This document shows, piece after piece, positions 1 to 14,623 of a stretch of 64,000 nt of DNA (position 1 is the stretch's first letter; every line of letters starts with the position of its first letter). The notes under the pieces are model-generated. The model was not told the DNA's origin. It ran no database searches and saw only the letters and a list, made by a program, of their open reading frames with translations. The DNA is from Flaccisagitta enflata (taxonomy: Eukaryota): positions 37,882,001-37,946,000 of the forward strand of contig OZ231126.1 in assembly GCA_965153355.1 (NCBI GenBank), read 5' to 3'. Both the position numbers and the translations under genes were made by a program.

Positions 1-332
1 TGTTTACGTCGCGGTTTGCTTCCAGTCTTGCAGCCGCAATCCAATATGTTTATGGAATCCGTCTCTGTTTTTTCCTTAGAGAGAATTTCTGTCTCTCATC
101 GACACAAAATAATCTTCCTCTTCAGTTTCTCCGCAGAGTTGCCGAGTTTTATTTCTCTTTACTTCCAACTCTTTCTTTCCTTCTTCATTCATGCACGCAA
201 TCACACACATAAACACACTCAAACAAAAAGACATTGAGAAAAACACACATGCAAGGAAGATTAAATGTGAATTCACAGACATACAACACACAGACAAAGA
301 CAAAGACAGAGACAGAAACACAGTTACATACA

Positions 333-334
<2 letters not shown>

Positions 335-406
<72 letters not shown>
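335..406. repeat. (CA)n microsatellite
   Basis: Pure CA run; source of the HTHT/CVCV ORFs. Confidence 0.95.
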
Positions 407-410
<4 letters not shown>

Positions 411-1308
411 AAACAAACAAACAAGAACAAAAGCATAAAATGTTAGATGCGTTAGATGATGAGACGCTCGCTTATATAAGCACGCACGGTACGCTGAGGT
501 CTGAGGAGATCACACATTTTTTTCCATGAGGGATCTAGGTCGTATTTCAATAGGGTGATAAATTCTTTAAAATTTCAGAACTGTGGAAGCTTCTACCCTT
601 CACCTCATGCTCAATTGTGAGTCCAGATTTTGATTCCTCTTAAAAAACTTAGTAAGATGCATGTTTTTTCAAGATTTGAAAAAGCATAAAAACCTTTAGA
701 AAATACACCATTTAAAAAAAAAAAAAAACTATTTTTGAAGCAGTTTTTTAAATTTTTGACTTGTTGTTATTCACGAACAGACGGATGGACGGACTGACCG
801 GCCGCCATGGCAAGTTTTAGAGTTGCGTGTTTGCGACTGAAAATAGTGTATTCTCCTCAGCGTGCACGCTGCATTGAATGACGGGGATCTCGAAAGACGG
901 TAGTAGTTAATTGGAATAGCAAGGACGCAGATAAAATTGTTTCCTTGTCACTAAACATAGATTTATATAGAATGCATTTTCAAAAAGTTAAGATCCTTTG
1001 CTAAAAGTTTTCCTTGCATTGCAAATTGCATGCATTTTAACCAAATTCCTAAGGATTGTTTCTGTTTGGCGGCCGTTTCCTCTTTCATCCTTATGAGGCT
1101 TATTTTCTTTTTCCTTCCTTCTTTTCTTTTTTCAAAATCGTTCTATAGACCTGGTTTTTGTTGTTGTCATTGTTGTTGTTGTCATTGTTGTTGTTATATT
1201 TTTTTTCTTTCTTTGCCTTTTGTTTTATTCTCAGTTCTTTCCCACTTACCTCAAATGGAATTACTTAACGTAATGGACCCTTCGCCATCGTAGGCGTCCT
1301 CGTTGTTT

Positions 1309-1344
<36 letters not shown>

Positions 1345-1489
1345 TTGGCTACTGGCGAAATGGCGCACGATATGACAATGACCATGTAGTTAAAATGCCT
1401 TAACAATCACTTTCCTTCTCTCGCTCAGTTTCTCTATTCCTCCTCTTTCTACTGATTCTTTCTTCTGTGTCTGTATATGTTTCTGACAG

Positions 1490-1754
1490 CGACACTTTTT
1501 TTTCTTCTTCTTCTTTCCTTTTTCCTATTTCTTCTTTTCTTTTTTCTCCTTTCTCTTTTCTCTTTTCTCTTTTCTTATTTCTTTTTTCTCTTTTCTCTTT
1601 TTTTTATTTCTTTTTTCGTTTTTCCTTTTTTTCTTTTTTTCTTTTTTCTGTTTTTCTGTTTTTTGTTTTTGTTTTTCCTTTTTCCTTTTTCCCTTTTTTC
1701 TGTTTCCTCTTTTCTCTTTTTCTTTTTTCTTTTTTCTTTTTCCTTATTTTTCCT

Positions 1755-1787
<33 letters not shown>

Positions 1788-1947
1788 ATCTTTTCTATTT
1801 TCTCTTTTCTCTGTTTTCTTTTTTCTTTTTTCTTTTTTCTTTTTTCTGTTTTCTGTTTTCTGTTTTCTTTTTTCTTTTTTCTTTTTTCTTTTTTTCATGT
1901 TTCTTGTTTCTTATTTCTTGTTTCTTATTTCTTATTTCTTATTTCTT

Positions 1948-1982
<35 letters not shown>

Positions 1983-2020
1983 TCTTTTCTTTTTTCTTTT
2001 TTCTTTTTTCTTATTTCTTT

Positions 2021-2075
<55 letters not shown>

Positions 2076-2455
2076 TCTTTTCTTTTTTCTTTTTCTCTTT
2101 TCTCTTTTCTCTTTCCTCTTTTCTCTTTTCTCTTTTCTCTTTTCTCTGTTTTCTGTTTTCTTTCTTCTTCGTTTTTGTTTTTTGTTATTTGTTTTTGTCT
2201 TTTGTCTTTTGTCTTTTGTCTTTTGTCCTTTGTCCTTTGTCCTTTGTCCTTTGTCCGTTGTTTTTTGTTTTTTGTTTTTTGTTTTTTGTTTTTTGTTTTT
2301 TTTTTTTTGCTTTTTCTTTTTGCTTTTTTTTTTTTTTTTTTTTTTTTTGTTTTTTGTTTTTTGTTTTTTGTTTTTTGTTTTTTGTTTTTTGTTTTTTGTT
2401 TTTGTTTTTGTTTTTTTTTGTTTTCTTGTTTCTTGTTTCTCTTTTCTCTTTTTAT
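1490..2455. repeat. T-rich compound low-complexity tract (TTTTC, TTTTCCA-like, TTTGTC, TTTTTG blocks)
   Basis: About 1 kb almost without A/G except in short-period units; source of the Phe-rich and Lys-rich ORFs. Confidence 0.9.
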
Positions 2456-2800
2456 AATTGAGGATAGTCGATTTCTTTGATTAAATTTTTCTAATCGTCA
2501 AGAGGTGAAAAGTCGATTCGATGAAGCCACTTTTTTAAACGCGAAATCCATTATTTCCTATTTTTGCCTTGTTGTTTATTTCTTTCTTTAAATTTCGTTT
2601 TCCAATTAGATTTTTTTGCCCATTTCTGTACCCTTTTCTTAATCTCGATTCTCGACACTCTTCCTCCCGCACCAACATCCATTCCTCGTCTAGGGATCCA
2701 TTGCACTGAGTTCCCCAACCTTTTACTTTGACTTCCTTCTTTCACTGTTCATCATCTACCACATGCAACAGTATTCTTTCCAACCTTATTTCTCTTGCCA

Positions 2801-2983
2801 ACTTACTCTTCATTTCCGTCAAATCCCACCTCTCACGCACTCAACCCCCATCACTTGTCTCTCGCCTCCACACCCTCTCTTCCCTCACCATCACTTACTC
2901 TTCATTTCCGTCAAATCCCACCTCCCACGCACTCAACCCCCATCACTTGTCTCTCGCCTCCACACCCTCTCTTCCCTCACCAT
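2801..2983. repeat. Direct tandem duplication of a ~92-bp unit
   Basis: acttactcttcatttccgtcaaatcccacc...cctcaccatc occurs twice back to back. Confidence 0.85.
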
Positions 2984-3103
2984 CCATTCTCCTTCCAATT
3001 TTCCCATCATTTCTTTTTACGCTCCTGCCTGCTTTTAAGATACTTTAAACTCCATTGTCCGCCTTCTCTCCCCCACCACCACCACGCCCCCATCATCCCG
3101 CTC

Positions 3104-3194
<91 letters not shown>

Positions 3195-4889
3195 CAGTTT
3201 CCTTTCCTTTCTTTAACTAATTTTTCTTTCCAATGCAAATTACAAAGTTTTCCTCTGCCAAGTAGTCGAGCCGTGAGCAGCGCCGCGGTTTTCTGCCAGG
3301 CGCCGCCGCCGCCGCTGCCGTAGCCGCCGCAGGGACATCGCACGGAGGAACAAATGCGTAGTTTTGGGATTATGAGAGAGAATGTTATTCATTGCAATAC
3401 TTTAATGTAATTATTGCTGAAGCTGTATTTATTTATTCTGCATACTGGCTATGAAAAAATTCAACAACAACTTTATAAATTCAACCCACTATTGGTATAA
3501 TGTTTCAAAAATCATTTTGTAGTTATTTTCTTTCCTTTCTTTTCTTTCGTGCATGACTCTTGAAAATGATGAAGTTTGCTCTGTTCATGATCAGATTTTT
3601 TGTTTGGTTTCAAAAACAAAGTCACCTTTTGCTGTATATCTTTTTATTTCTACCTAACCAGTTACTATTTAGAGGCCAGAGGTTCAAAATGTTTTTCTCT
3701 CATTATTGTCTATCAATTGAGATGCGTCATTTCCGATATCCCTATCCCCAAGAGAAGTTTGTGACTGTGGCGGCAAAGGAAAGAGGGACGCCGCCTTCTG
3801 CTTCACCGCCATCTTCGATGACATCAGTCCAAACAATCACTGACGAGACGCCGTCGTCCGTTGGTCGTTTCCTGTTTGTCTGTCAGTTCCACCGTTTGTC
3901 GCTTCCTGTTTGTTCGCGTCATCGATTGTCGAATGTCAATGTTTGTTTGTCTGTCATATATCCACCGTTAGTCGCCTATCCTTCCATCGGTTATCATTGA
4001 ATCCACTGTTCATTTTCATTCATCTATTCATCGATTCATTTATTCAGTCGCCTTTTCATTCATTCAATTATTCATTTATTATTCATGCACCAAAGCCAAT
4101 CTCGCCAGCGGGGTCATGTTGCAAACACGTACACGCGCATTCCCCTGCACTCGCTCGAGGCCTGTTACGTTATAGCTCGTTTGTTCAGATGAGATGAGAT
4201 ACACTAGTGCACATTCTTTTGCGGTGAACGCCAATGTACGCAATTGTGTGGGGTGTTGGGAGCGCCAATAAATGACTATATCCAATCTTTGTCCATATAT
4301 TACACTGATTGTCACTGTACGCGCGGCATTAAGTACTAATCTACGTGTCGGTGCCTGTCTGTAGGACCTGTAGATGTGTGCGTAGCGTAGATGGGCATGT
4401 GTTACGTTGAGCGCCAATTTACGCCAATATGCGTCATGTTGCGGTGAGTCCATGAGCGCCAACATGCGCCAGGTTTTAATTCCAATGGAATGGCGATGTC
4501 CTCGTAGTTATGGCAGAGGCGTGTGTGCACCGCGACGAGCAACCAGTTGGCTGAAGGCAATAGAACGAGAGAACCCCAGGGTCTCTATCGTTCCCTCTTT
4601 CTGTCCTTGTTTTTCTATCTTTCTGTCAGTCAGTTAGTCTGCTCGCCTATTTGTCTTTCTCTCTATCTGTTTGCCCTTTTTCCCAGTCTGTGTAAAAATG
4701 ACCCTTAACTCTGTCCTTCCTCTCTGTCAGTGTATTGGTGTTTTAAACTATGTTTTTATCGTGCTTCTTATCAGTTTTTTTTTTCAGATTGTCGTTTTTC
4801 TATCCATCTATCTGTCTGTGAGTCTGTCGTGCAATCTGTCTGTCTGTTTTTCTGTCTCTCTAGGTCTGTCTGTCTCTGTCTTTCTGACA

Positions 4890-5094
<205 letters not shown>

Positions 5095-5170
5095 GCAGCA
5101 AACCGTTTCCGTTTCTACCTGTTTTCACGCGTCACTAATTGAAACCGGATTTTTCACAAACGAGTGATGG

Positions 5171-5264
<94 letters not shown>

Positions 5265-5286
5265 GGATGATGATTATCATCATTAC

Positions 5287-5324
<38 letters not shown>

Positions 5325-5325
5325 A
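5171..5325. repeat. (CAT)n microsatellite
   Basis: Near-pure CAT run; source of poly-H/poly-M/poly-D ORFs. Confidence 0.95.
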
Positions 5326-5758
5326 CTTCATCATCGTCAAAGTTCACAGTGATTACTATATCGCCTTATCGTAAAACAAGGCCAAGTAGGCCAATAAGAT
5401 GCGACGCGTGGATTGTCGAACGAATGCGTTTCCGACCGACCGACCAACCAACCAACCGACGGACACAGCCAGTTTGGAGATGCTTTGTCGCACCTAAATA
5501 ACTTCTCGAACAAAAAAGAGTTTCATTAAACAGTTACACCCAATTTCAAAAGTAACGGAAATCCGCCTATAGCGGATATGTAACTTTGGTGTATTTTCTT
5601 TTAATCTCTTCATAGGCAATAATGGAAATCCGCCTATAGTATTTGAAATTGGTTAGTCCTTTGACATCCGTTATTGCGCCTTTTTGCGGGGCTCAACTAT
5701 AAAATGACGTTTCTCCATTGCATTGACAACGGAATTCATGACATCGTCGTTTCTGCTA

Positions 5759-6750
5759 CAGGGTGTTTCACGCGTTTTGAGGTTTAAAGAATCGACATAG
5801 CTTTTCTCCTAGAAAAGTTATACCAATTCTGAAAAAAGGTCTGAATAGATCTTGAAGTGCAATTTTTTTATGTCACCAATTTTTTATATCTGCGCTTTTA
5901 AATATGCCCACTATGTAAGTTTGAAGAAAACAACCATATCCAGCATGCATCTTTAATCCGGATAATTATGGCAAAAAAAATGAAAACTACTTGTTTGATA
6001 GCGTTCACATCCAAGCAACAAGAAAAACATAGAAAAATCCATGACCATCTTGAAGCTCTGTTAAAGATCTTTGCAATGAGACGTTGCTGGTTGTCATATC
6101 TCTATCCGTTTAGAAATGGCAGAAGAATGAAGACAGGTGGTCAAGAATTTGGAAAGTCAGTAACACCTGATTTTCATGGGCTCTCCTTATTGTAACACAG
6201 AAATTGAACAAATTGAGTTGGAAATTTGTTCTTGGCTCCATTTTATAGAAAATTCATGGCTCTTTAATTTGCTCATGGATATTGAGTAGCTAAGACAATC
6301 CTGAGTTTGTAATTGACAAAACTGAAAAGAATAAAATTTCTCGATGAAAAAAAAATTGAAAGGAGTATTTTTTTCAATTTGTGATTTTTTTCTTTAATCT
6401 TTTGCTGTTTCTAAATGAATGAAGCTACAATGTCCTGCAACGTCGCATTTTGAAGATTTTTTGCGGAGCTTTTAAAAAGTCATGGATTTTTTGTAGTTCA
6501 GGCCAACAGTTGACCAGAAACTAGTAAAAGAAGTTGTCCTTTTTTTCTTTACCATGGTTAGTTAACTGGATAATGTTGTTTACTTTAAACTCCCGTAGCT
6601 CACAAGCTAAAAAACGCAAATACAAAAAATTGGTGACATAAAAAAACTGCACTTCAAGATCTATTCAGACCTTTTTTCAGAATTGGAATAGCTTTTCTAG
6701 GAGAAAAGCTATGTCGATTCTTTAAACCTCAAAACGCGTGAAACACCCTG
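5759..6750. mobile_element. Non-autonomous Tc1/mariner-type TIR element (~990 bp)
   Basis: TA|CAGGGTGTTTCACGCGTTTTGAGG...CCTCAAAACGCGTGAAACACCCTG|TA; ~125-bp near-perfect TIRs; no transposase ORF. Confidence 0.9.
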
Positions 6751-7840
6751 TACAATTGCAAGAGTTCTGCCAGAATTGCGCTTCCGGTTGTCAATTCTCT
6801 CATCGCTGCAGCTAAAAACCTCCAGCACAAAACTGCTGTTGATGTGAATGCTGTTGGCGTGACTGATATTGGCATTATTACTGTTGGGACGACCACTGTT
6901 GGCGTGACTGCTGTTGGCGTGAATACTGTTGGCGTGACTGATATTGGCAATATTACTGTTGGAACGACCACTGTTGGCGTGACTGCTATTGGCGTGCGGC
7001 TGTTGGCGTGACCACGGTTGGTGTGGCCCCACTGCGGGTGAATTGGTATGGTCACTTTTTCCCCAGGATGCAGAATACTCATGCGGAATATTCAACCGAG
7101 GAGTGGTCCTTGTGAAGTGGCTTTTACATGACTGGAATGACACCTGCACGCGACTGAAATGATACCTACACGATGCAGTGGGAACAAGATACCTTGGCTC
7201 ATTATATCTTTATCTCGCCATTTCAAAGAACGTAACTCGATCTTTTTCCAATTAATTCTGACATGGACGATGCGCATGTGGCAGTCTGGCAGATGCATTC
7301 CTTTTTTGCCTTTTTGAATTGCGTCGATAATAGTAGCACGGTAGACGAGCCCTCCTGAGAAGAATAACAAGAGTTCATGCATGCAAAGTCGTAGGGAAGT
7401 TCTCTATCAGAGGGATAAGACTCAAAATCATGTATACAGATAAACCACGACAAACATTTGGTCCAGGGACCTCCATAGATTACCGCCGCCACCCCCCTCA
7501 TATCCCATAGAAAATGAACAGGGGGGATTTTTGCCTCTGAGGCTTCCTATGTTTTATTATGGAAAAGGGGGCGGGTGGCGGCTACAATTTATAGGGGTTC
7601 CAGGGCTAAATTTTTTTTTTATGGACCATCTGTAAACCATATCTGAGCCATATCCCTCTGATAGAGAACTTTTTTTTATGACATCTCATAAATTGTCGTT
7701 AGGCAACTCCTGAGACGATAGTTGTTCGTCCTTACTTCTCTATTCGAGGGCTGATGCATGATGATTCAGGGAGTGGTCCATTATTTGCATGTAACGTATC
7801 AATCAAAGAGGATGCATCGTTAGCATCGTTGGCTTGTTAC

Positions 7841-8008
7841 TTTTTAGTTGCGGACACGCAACTCTGTAAGATGCTTTGTCCGTTGGTCCGTTCGTCCGTC
7901 CGTCCGTCCGTCGGTCCATGGTGATCGAGTTAGAAAGTGTAAAACCGCGCATTTCCGCCCCTGCCCACCCGTCCGCAACTGGTATTGGCTGTGTATCCGA
8001 ACTTATTT
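7841..8008 (+). mobile_element. Helentron-associated interspersed element (HINE/DINE-1-like)
   Basis: TTTTT-AGTTGCGGACACGCAACT 5' palindrome, (GTCC/GTCG)n, CCCCTGCCCACCCGTCCGCAACT 3' subterminal repeat and terminal hairpin. Confidence 0.75.
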
Positions 8009-8100
8009 GTAAAAAAAATTTCATTTCTTACTATATGTCGGACATAAAAAAGTACCGATTTCGTTAACATCTCTTTACAAAAACTATCACTTTCTATATA

Positions 8101-8435
8101 CCGTATTTTCTCTAAAAAGCGCCCCCCTTCCAAAAAGCGCCCCCCCCTCTTTTTTTTCTTAGTATTACACTTTTCAGAAGAAATTTGTACAAAAATATTA
8201 AGTGAAATAATGAAATAATACAACACAATGAATATTTTTAGAGACTTTCAAACAGATATATGCAATGAATATCTCCATTGTGAGTCAAATTCAGCATTTT
8301 GGTAGCCTTTCATGAAAAAGATAGACTGAATGTCAGTTCATCTACATTATAAAGGAGGCGCTAATTCAAGGGTTAAAAAGCAAAATCTCATTTCAATTTC
8401 AAAAGCGCCCGGGGCGCTTTTTAGAGAAAATACGG
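8101..8435. mobile_element. Tc1/mariner-superfamily (Tc2/pogo-like CCGTA ends) MITE
   Basis: TA|CCGTATTTTCTCTAAAAAGCGCCCC...GGGGCGCTTTTTAGAGAAAATACGG|TA perfect 25-bp TIRs. Confidence 0.9.
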
Positions 8436-8827
8436 TAAGTACTATCACTTGATTCTTCATTTCATATTCTATCCATAAACTATCAGCTTTCTTGTTTGTA
8501 CCTTATACAAACTCACACATCATAAATGTCACTTTAACTTAAAACGTCTTCCTCGGTGTGCGATCTAACATACAGAAGGCATTTAGGCGGAAAATGTCAT
8601 ATCTTTTCACTCTAGATCTTTATTTTCCTCTTCCTTTGTACTGCACATCTCTCGCTTCGTCTTCCCTCGGTAGGTGAAGACGCCACAATAAGTTTCTAGT
8701 TGAAAGCGTCATGATTATTGATTGATTCAAGGAGCGTAATTCCCTGCGAAAAGCATTTGGAGAGGCAACGGCGAGTGGCAAAGGAAATAGATGTGAACTT
8801 CAGGAGTCATGATGCATATTTACTTTC

Positions 8828-9045
8828 TTTTAGTCACATGCTTTGCAACTCTACATCCCACCCCACTCCATCTACCTGTCCGTCTTCTTGTTGGTTGGTC
8901 AGTTGGTTGGTTGGTCGCCTCTTTACTTTTTCAGCATTTTGAGCATTTTGAGCTCACTGCTCCTGCCCAAATGCCCCAGTAACCTACTCTATCATCACCC
9001 CTGCCCACCGCATGTAACTATGGTGGCTGTGTATCCGGTCTTGTT
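8828..9045 (+). mobile_element. HINE-like element (diverged)
   Basis: TTTTAGTCAC.. start, GTTG/GTCG repeats, CTGCCCAAATGC core, GGCTGTGTATCCGGTCTTGTT end. Confidence 0.65.
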
Positions 9046-9685
9046 AAGTTTCACTATACACAATGCAAATGTTCCATATATCAGGGTTGACATATCAACT
9101 GGCTGATAAAATGAATTTTCATCACCTGAACGTAAAAAAAATGGTAAAATTGTATGTCAATATTTTTAACACTGTTTGGGAAAACTAGAACATGTCCAAA
9201 ATGAACCATATGACCACCTTCACTAGTCTGAAAGTTTTTACGATTTCTTAAACTTGTATAATTTGAACTCATATACGGACCAACTATATGTTGTATCATA
9301 TTTATCAACATATATTTATATCCTAGAATTAAATCCTTGCTAATATCATAGCACAATATAGAAGAAATTTGCTCAATGATTTATAAGTGAATCAGCAACG
9401 CGATACTTTTGATACTAATAATCTTTCTTCCCTGCACTGATGCTGTCTACGCCGCCTTTCCCTCGCCGTGTGTAGCAGTTTCTGGGTGAATATTCATTAC
9501 CTGCCACACGTTGCTTTGTCTTCCTTCTCTAATTTTCTAGTTGGTCTACTCGCGCACCAAGAAATTAATAATGAAACGAAAAAGATGAGGAGGAAAGTGG
9601 ATAAAAAAAAAGATGTGCTGTATCCGCCGAGGAAAGTTCCGTATTTGACCGATGGTCCGTCGGTTTTTTGGTCTGTCAGCTGGGG

Positions 9686-9949
9686 TTTTTAGTCGCGTGC
9701 TACGCGACTCTGTAAGTCACTTTTTGGTTGGTCCGTCGGGCGGTCCGTCTGTCCATCCGTCCACACGTCACAAAGTTATCTTAAAGGTATTTGAATTGTT
9801 TGAAAAGATGTTTCCAACTATTCCAAGGTCATTTAAAACCTCTTTTTGTGTATACCTGTTCATCTGTCTGCCTGTCCGTCTGTCTGTCTGTCCGTCTGTT
9901 TGTCTGTCCGTCTGTCTGACGCACGAGACGTTGGTTTAATGACCTTGTT
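9686..9949 (+). mobile_element. HINE-like element
   Basis: TTTTTTAGTCGCGTGCTACGCGACT 5' palindrome, GTCC/GTCT repeats, GCACGAGAC...CCTTGTT end. Confidence 0.65.
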
Positions 9950-10802
9950 ATTTGTTTACTAGCTGGGAACGCCACGCGCTCTCTTTCTCACAAACGGTTT
10001 TGTTCATTCATTTTACCTTGCTTACATTCTCCAACCTTATGAAAAGAAAGCGAATATTTCAGTAGGTCCAAAAAAGGTTTAGCCAAGGATGAAAGTATTG
10101 AATAAGTAAGTAGAAGGAATCTTGATATTGTAGCTTGGAGATGATTGAGAGAAACAAAAGAAAGGGGAGGGAGGAGGGCTGGCGTTGGTGGCGATGGAAT
10201 TGAGGCCGAGTGGGGGGGGGGAGAGGAAAGGACGTGGGAGTTGAAAAGTATCAAAACGTCCTTATCGCCTTTTTGCACGGATTTGAGGTAAAATCGCAAA
10301 GAAGAAAAACTTTAAAGGAACATGCTTCTTTTTCCTCTCCTTCCTGAAGTTATGTCCTTTCCTCCTTGTCGTATCTTCCCTTTGGTATTGTCGTATCGTC
10401 CTTTTCTTTTTGTCGTCTTGTCACTTTTTTCCTCCGTACAAATCCTGCTGCTCCTCCTCCCCTTCCTCCATCACCTGCTTCTCCTTCTTTATCCTCTTTC
10501 CCTTCGTTATCTTCTCCTTTATCATAGTATACTTTTCTCCTTCAACTTTCTTCATCCCCTTCCTCCTTTTCCCGCTCCTCCTCCTCCTTCTCCTCCTTCT
10601 CCTCCTTCTCCTCCTTCTCTCCCCTCCTCCTCTTCCTGTTGCCTTCCTTTTCCTTCCTTCTCTCATACGGCTCTTCATATCTATTGAAACTTGAAGCTAT
10701 CTTCTTTTGTTGATCTTCTCGAATTCTCCTCCCATATGATTCCGTCAATCTCTTTCCTCCACCAAACACGCTGCGCCGAATATGACCAATTCCACGACAT
10801 TA

Positions 10803-11358
10803 CAGGGTGAACATTGTCAAATGCAAAAAAGAATTAAGCTTTTGCTCCTAGATTCTTCATCATCATGACTTGGAATTATTTTTCTGTTATAGTACTATGC
10901 TTGACATTTTTTGTGTCAAAATTTCATGGATCTGAGTTGTATAGTTTGTCCATAACATCAATTTGAAGTAAAATGAATATTTACAGCTTTAGCTTGATTA
11001 ATGACTTTTTTCATCTGGGCAGTTTCTTTTGGAATTGTTCTGATGTTATAATGACTTAAACCACAGATGCTACATCGGTCTTGAATGGAAGAGTGTCAAA
11101 TTATCTTCCATTTGAGACCAATCTGGCATTTATAGCTCAAGTCGTCTTCAAATGAGAGCAAATCAAAGAAAAACTTTCCTGTTTAAAGAAGAAAATTTTG
11201 AGCTAAAAATGAGCTTCTTCTAGAAATACCTCTATTACTTCAATTTAATTTTGTGGACAAAGTATCCAACTTAGACCCATGAAATTTTGACACAAAAAAT
11301 GTCAAACATAGTACGTTAAGAGAAAAGTGATTCCAGGTCATAAAGATGAAGCATCTAG
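10803..11358. mobile_element. Fold-back TIR element (Tc1/mariner-type left end); right end interrupted by a LINE fragment
   Basis: TA|CAGGGTG at 10803; ~120-bp inverted arms ctagattcttcat..tgtgtcaaaatttcatgg..tgaagta vs tacttcaa..ccatgaaattttgacaca..atgaagcatctag. Confidence 0.65.
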
Positions 11359-11612
11359 TATAGTATAGTGGTAGTGCCCCTAGGCCAGCGTCCGCTGGCA
11401 TTGCGGGGACGTCGTTCCATTTTTTTTTCGTGGCAATGAAGTTATTCATTTCCTTCATTGTTCATCCTTGCGTCGTCATTCATCTCATTGCCGTCATCTA
11501 TGGGTTGGTTCGCCTTCCACTTCCACCTTCCACCTTCCACTCGTCATAGCAGTTTTTGAATCCATTTATCGATGTCTGTTTTTTCACTGTTTCCGGTAGT
11601 TCATTCCACTTT
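11359..11612 (-). mobile_element. 5'-truncated CR1/L2-type LINE (ORF2 C-terminus, 3' UTR, tail)
   Basis: Minus-strand peptide WNELPETVKKQTSINGFKNCYD matches the WNxLP..V....S...FK..LD C-terminal pattern of CR1/L2 ORF2; 3' UTR stem GCCAGCG-TC-CGCTGGC; short (CTATA)-like tail. Confidence 0.7.
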
Positions 11613-13154
11613 TTCGCTTTTATCTTATTATCTTTTTCTGAAACTGTATATATGATGAAATAAGAATTTTGGTTTTCTATTTTCTTCTTTTTTTGGGGGG
11701 GGGGCATGGTGAATAAATCCTGATCTTATTTACGAGATTATGAAAATTGGTCCAATTGTGGTTGAATTTGAATTTGCAGACACCTCTTTCATTTTTGTAA
11801 GGATCGAATTTGGACTCTAAAAACACTCATTTTGAGAGTGTTGATATTTTCTTTGCTTTATGTTTAAGAATAATATCTCAGGAAAAAAATCGTTTATCCT
11901 AAAAAATTTCGTGGAGCTCTGCTCCCAAACGAAAAAAGCTTTGCCGTTTGGAATCTTTAGCTTTCACTGCAGAAAACTTATGATCCTTGAAACAATGCTC
12001 TACAATGTTTAAACTGCATTATCAAATTCTTTTAAGGAAATAATTTTTTTTAATTTTTGAGGAAATTAAAAGCATAAGTTATCCTTTTGCGTTTTGTGCT
12101 TATCAACTTTAAAGATAGAAAAAATTGTTTCAGATCAACTAGGTAACTCTATATATAGCATATATGCTTTAATACAGGTTTGTTTTGATAGAGAATGTGA
12201 GTTTTTCTGAAATGATCACTAGTTATTACAGATGATTTGTTATAGAGCAGTGCTCCATCAGAATTTTTTTAAGGATGAACGATGTTTTTTTTATCAAATT
12301 CCAAGCACCGTGCCCGGACTTTCTTTACTTTTGTCATCTTCCCGTCATCATCCTCATCATCCCTTTTTTTCCTTTCCTCCTTTTTTTCCTTTTCTTTTCC
12401 TCTTCGCGTTTCTCCTCTGGCGATGGCGATGCGTCTTTGACTCTTCCATTCTATATACGTTGGCTTTATTCCTTATTTTTTTTTCTTTCATCTCATCTTT
12501 CCTCTCCCTGTCTCTGTGTCTCTCTTTCTCTCTCTTTCTTATAATGTCACTCCAATGATAAATCCAATGGATATAAACCAAGAGATAAATCGTCACATAC
12601 ATGATTCATGATGATCGCCAACTAAAAGTGATTACAATTTCTACCAAGCGGCTTTCTCCAGCGTAAGACCTTATTGAACAATTTCTTTTTAATTATCCTT
12701 TTGTTTCTTTTACGCTTTTCGCTCTTTCCTGTTTGTCTATCTGTCTGCCCGCTCCTCCCATTGTGTGTTTGTTTATTTTTACTCTTTTATTTATGTTTGT
12801 TTGCTTGTTTTTTCCTCCCTGATTTTGTATTTTTGTCTCTATCTGCCAATCTGGATTTCGGTCTGATTGTCTATCTGTCTGCCTGTCTGTCTTCTTTTCC
12901 GGTTGTCTGTCTGAGTGTCTCTCTGTCTGAATGTCTCTGTCTAAGTGTCCTCTGTCTAAGTGTCTCTCTGTCATATTTTCTTCCCCTTACGCCAGCATTA
13001 TCGTCTCGAAGAGATCTTTTGTTTGAACGGGAATTCGGTTGACAAACCAGGCATCGCATTTTCTCGTCTTCGCCGCTTGAGGCCGCCACCGGTTTTGCTT
13101 CGTCGCGTTTCTATCCTCGTAAAAAAATCCTTGTCATTTTGACGTCTTAGAAAT

Positions 13155-13280
<126 letters not shown>

Positions 13281-13538
13281 GAGACAAAGAAAGAGACAGG
13301 GATAGAAACAGAGACAGAGATAGAAAGAGAGAGGTAGAAAGACACAGAGCCAGAGAGCCAGAGAGACGCAGAGAGACAGGGAGGAAAAAAAGCGTTTTTT
13401 TTTTCTTCAGCAAACCCTCTTCTCATTCTCCTATCTATATTCTATGATAACCGTTTCCTTTTTCTCCGCCGCCTGATATTTCTTTTTCTTTTTGATATTC
13501 TTTTTTTAACATATTATCATGAAAATTTCTTTTTTTTT

Positions 13539-13828
13539 CAGGGGTGTATAAAGTTGAGTATTCCCCCCCCGGTGGGGAAGAAAATCAAAAGTTTGAAATG
13601 AAGAAAAAAGAAAATTTTTGAAGATCTAACATTTTTGGTAGTACCAAAAGGTAAAATACAATTACTACAACACAATTTAACACTATCTAAACCTAAAATA
13701 TACTGTTTTCTAGCTTTGAGGGGAAGAAAATCAAAGATTTTGTAACATAATGCAACGCGTCGCGGGGAAGAAAATCAAAGGCAGGGGGGGGAATAAAATC
13801 AAAAGCCGCTAAACTATATACACCCCTG
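13539..13828. mobile_element. hAT-type MITE (290 bp)
   Basis: TIR CAGGGGTGTATA...TATACACCCCTG flanked by TTTTTTTT on both sides (8-bp TSD-like); internal GGGGAAGAAAATCAAA motif about four times. Confidence 0.75.
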
Positions 13829-14253
13829 TTTTTTTTCTATTCCTGTTTCGCTTTTTTCTTCTTTTTTTTCCCCAGCTTCTGCCAAATGCAAATAACATTT
13901 TTCCCCTTATATTTCTTCGGGTTTTTTTTTCTATTTCTACTTCATGAACTTCCTTCCTGATTTTGCCCCCTTACGGTTGGCGAAATCAAGTCAAATCATG
14001 CAACATGCTCATTTAGTCATTTTCAATTCCTCCCCCCCCCGCTTCTTTCTGCCTTTTTTCTCTGGTCAGTTGACCGATTCAAAAGCCCATTGCGTTGGAC
14101 TTTTTCTCGGACCTCCTTCTTGAACCTTTCCTTGGTTTTTACCTTGTGCGTCCTCTGCACGGTTTAGTCCTTCTATTTTCTTTTCCTCAGTCGCTTCTCT
14201 CCCCGTCTCTCTTTGACTTTTTCTGTCTCTATATCTCTCTGTCTCTCTCTCTG

Positions 14254-14304
<51 letters not shown>

Positions 14305-14425
14305 TTTTTCTGAGTATGACAAGTGAAACAATACACTAAAATTGTCTAATTATTCATAATAATAGCTTTTCAGGCTTACGCAAAAAAGAAGAATGTAGAT
14401 GTAAATCCAATTGTATCCCCTTTTC

Positions 14426-14623
<198 letters not shown>

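Noticed and set aside
1245-1390. Minus-strand exon ending at a strong AG|GTAAG donor
   Set aside because: The best frame is short, built on (GAC)n and stops just before the donor, and no partner exons were identified.
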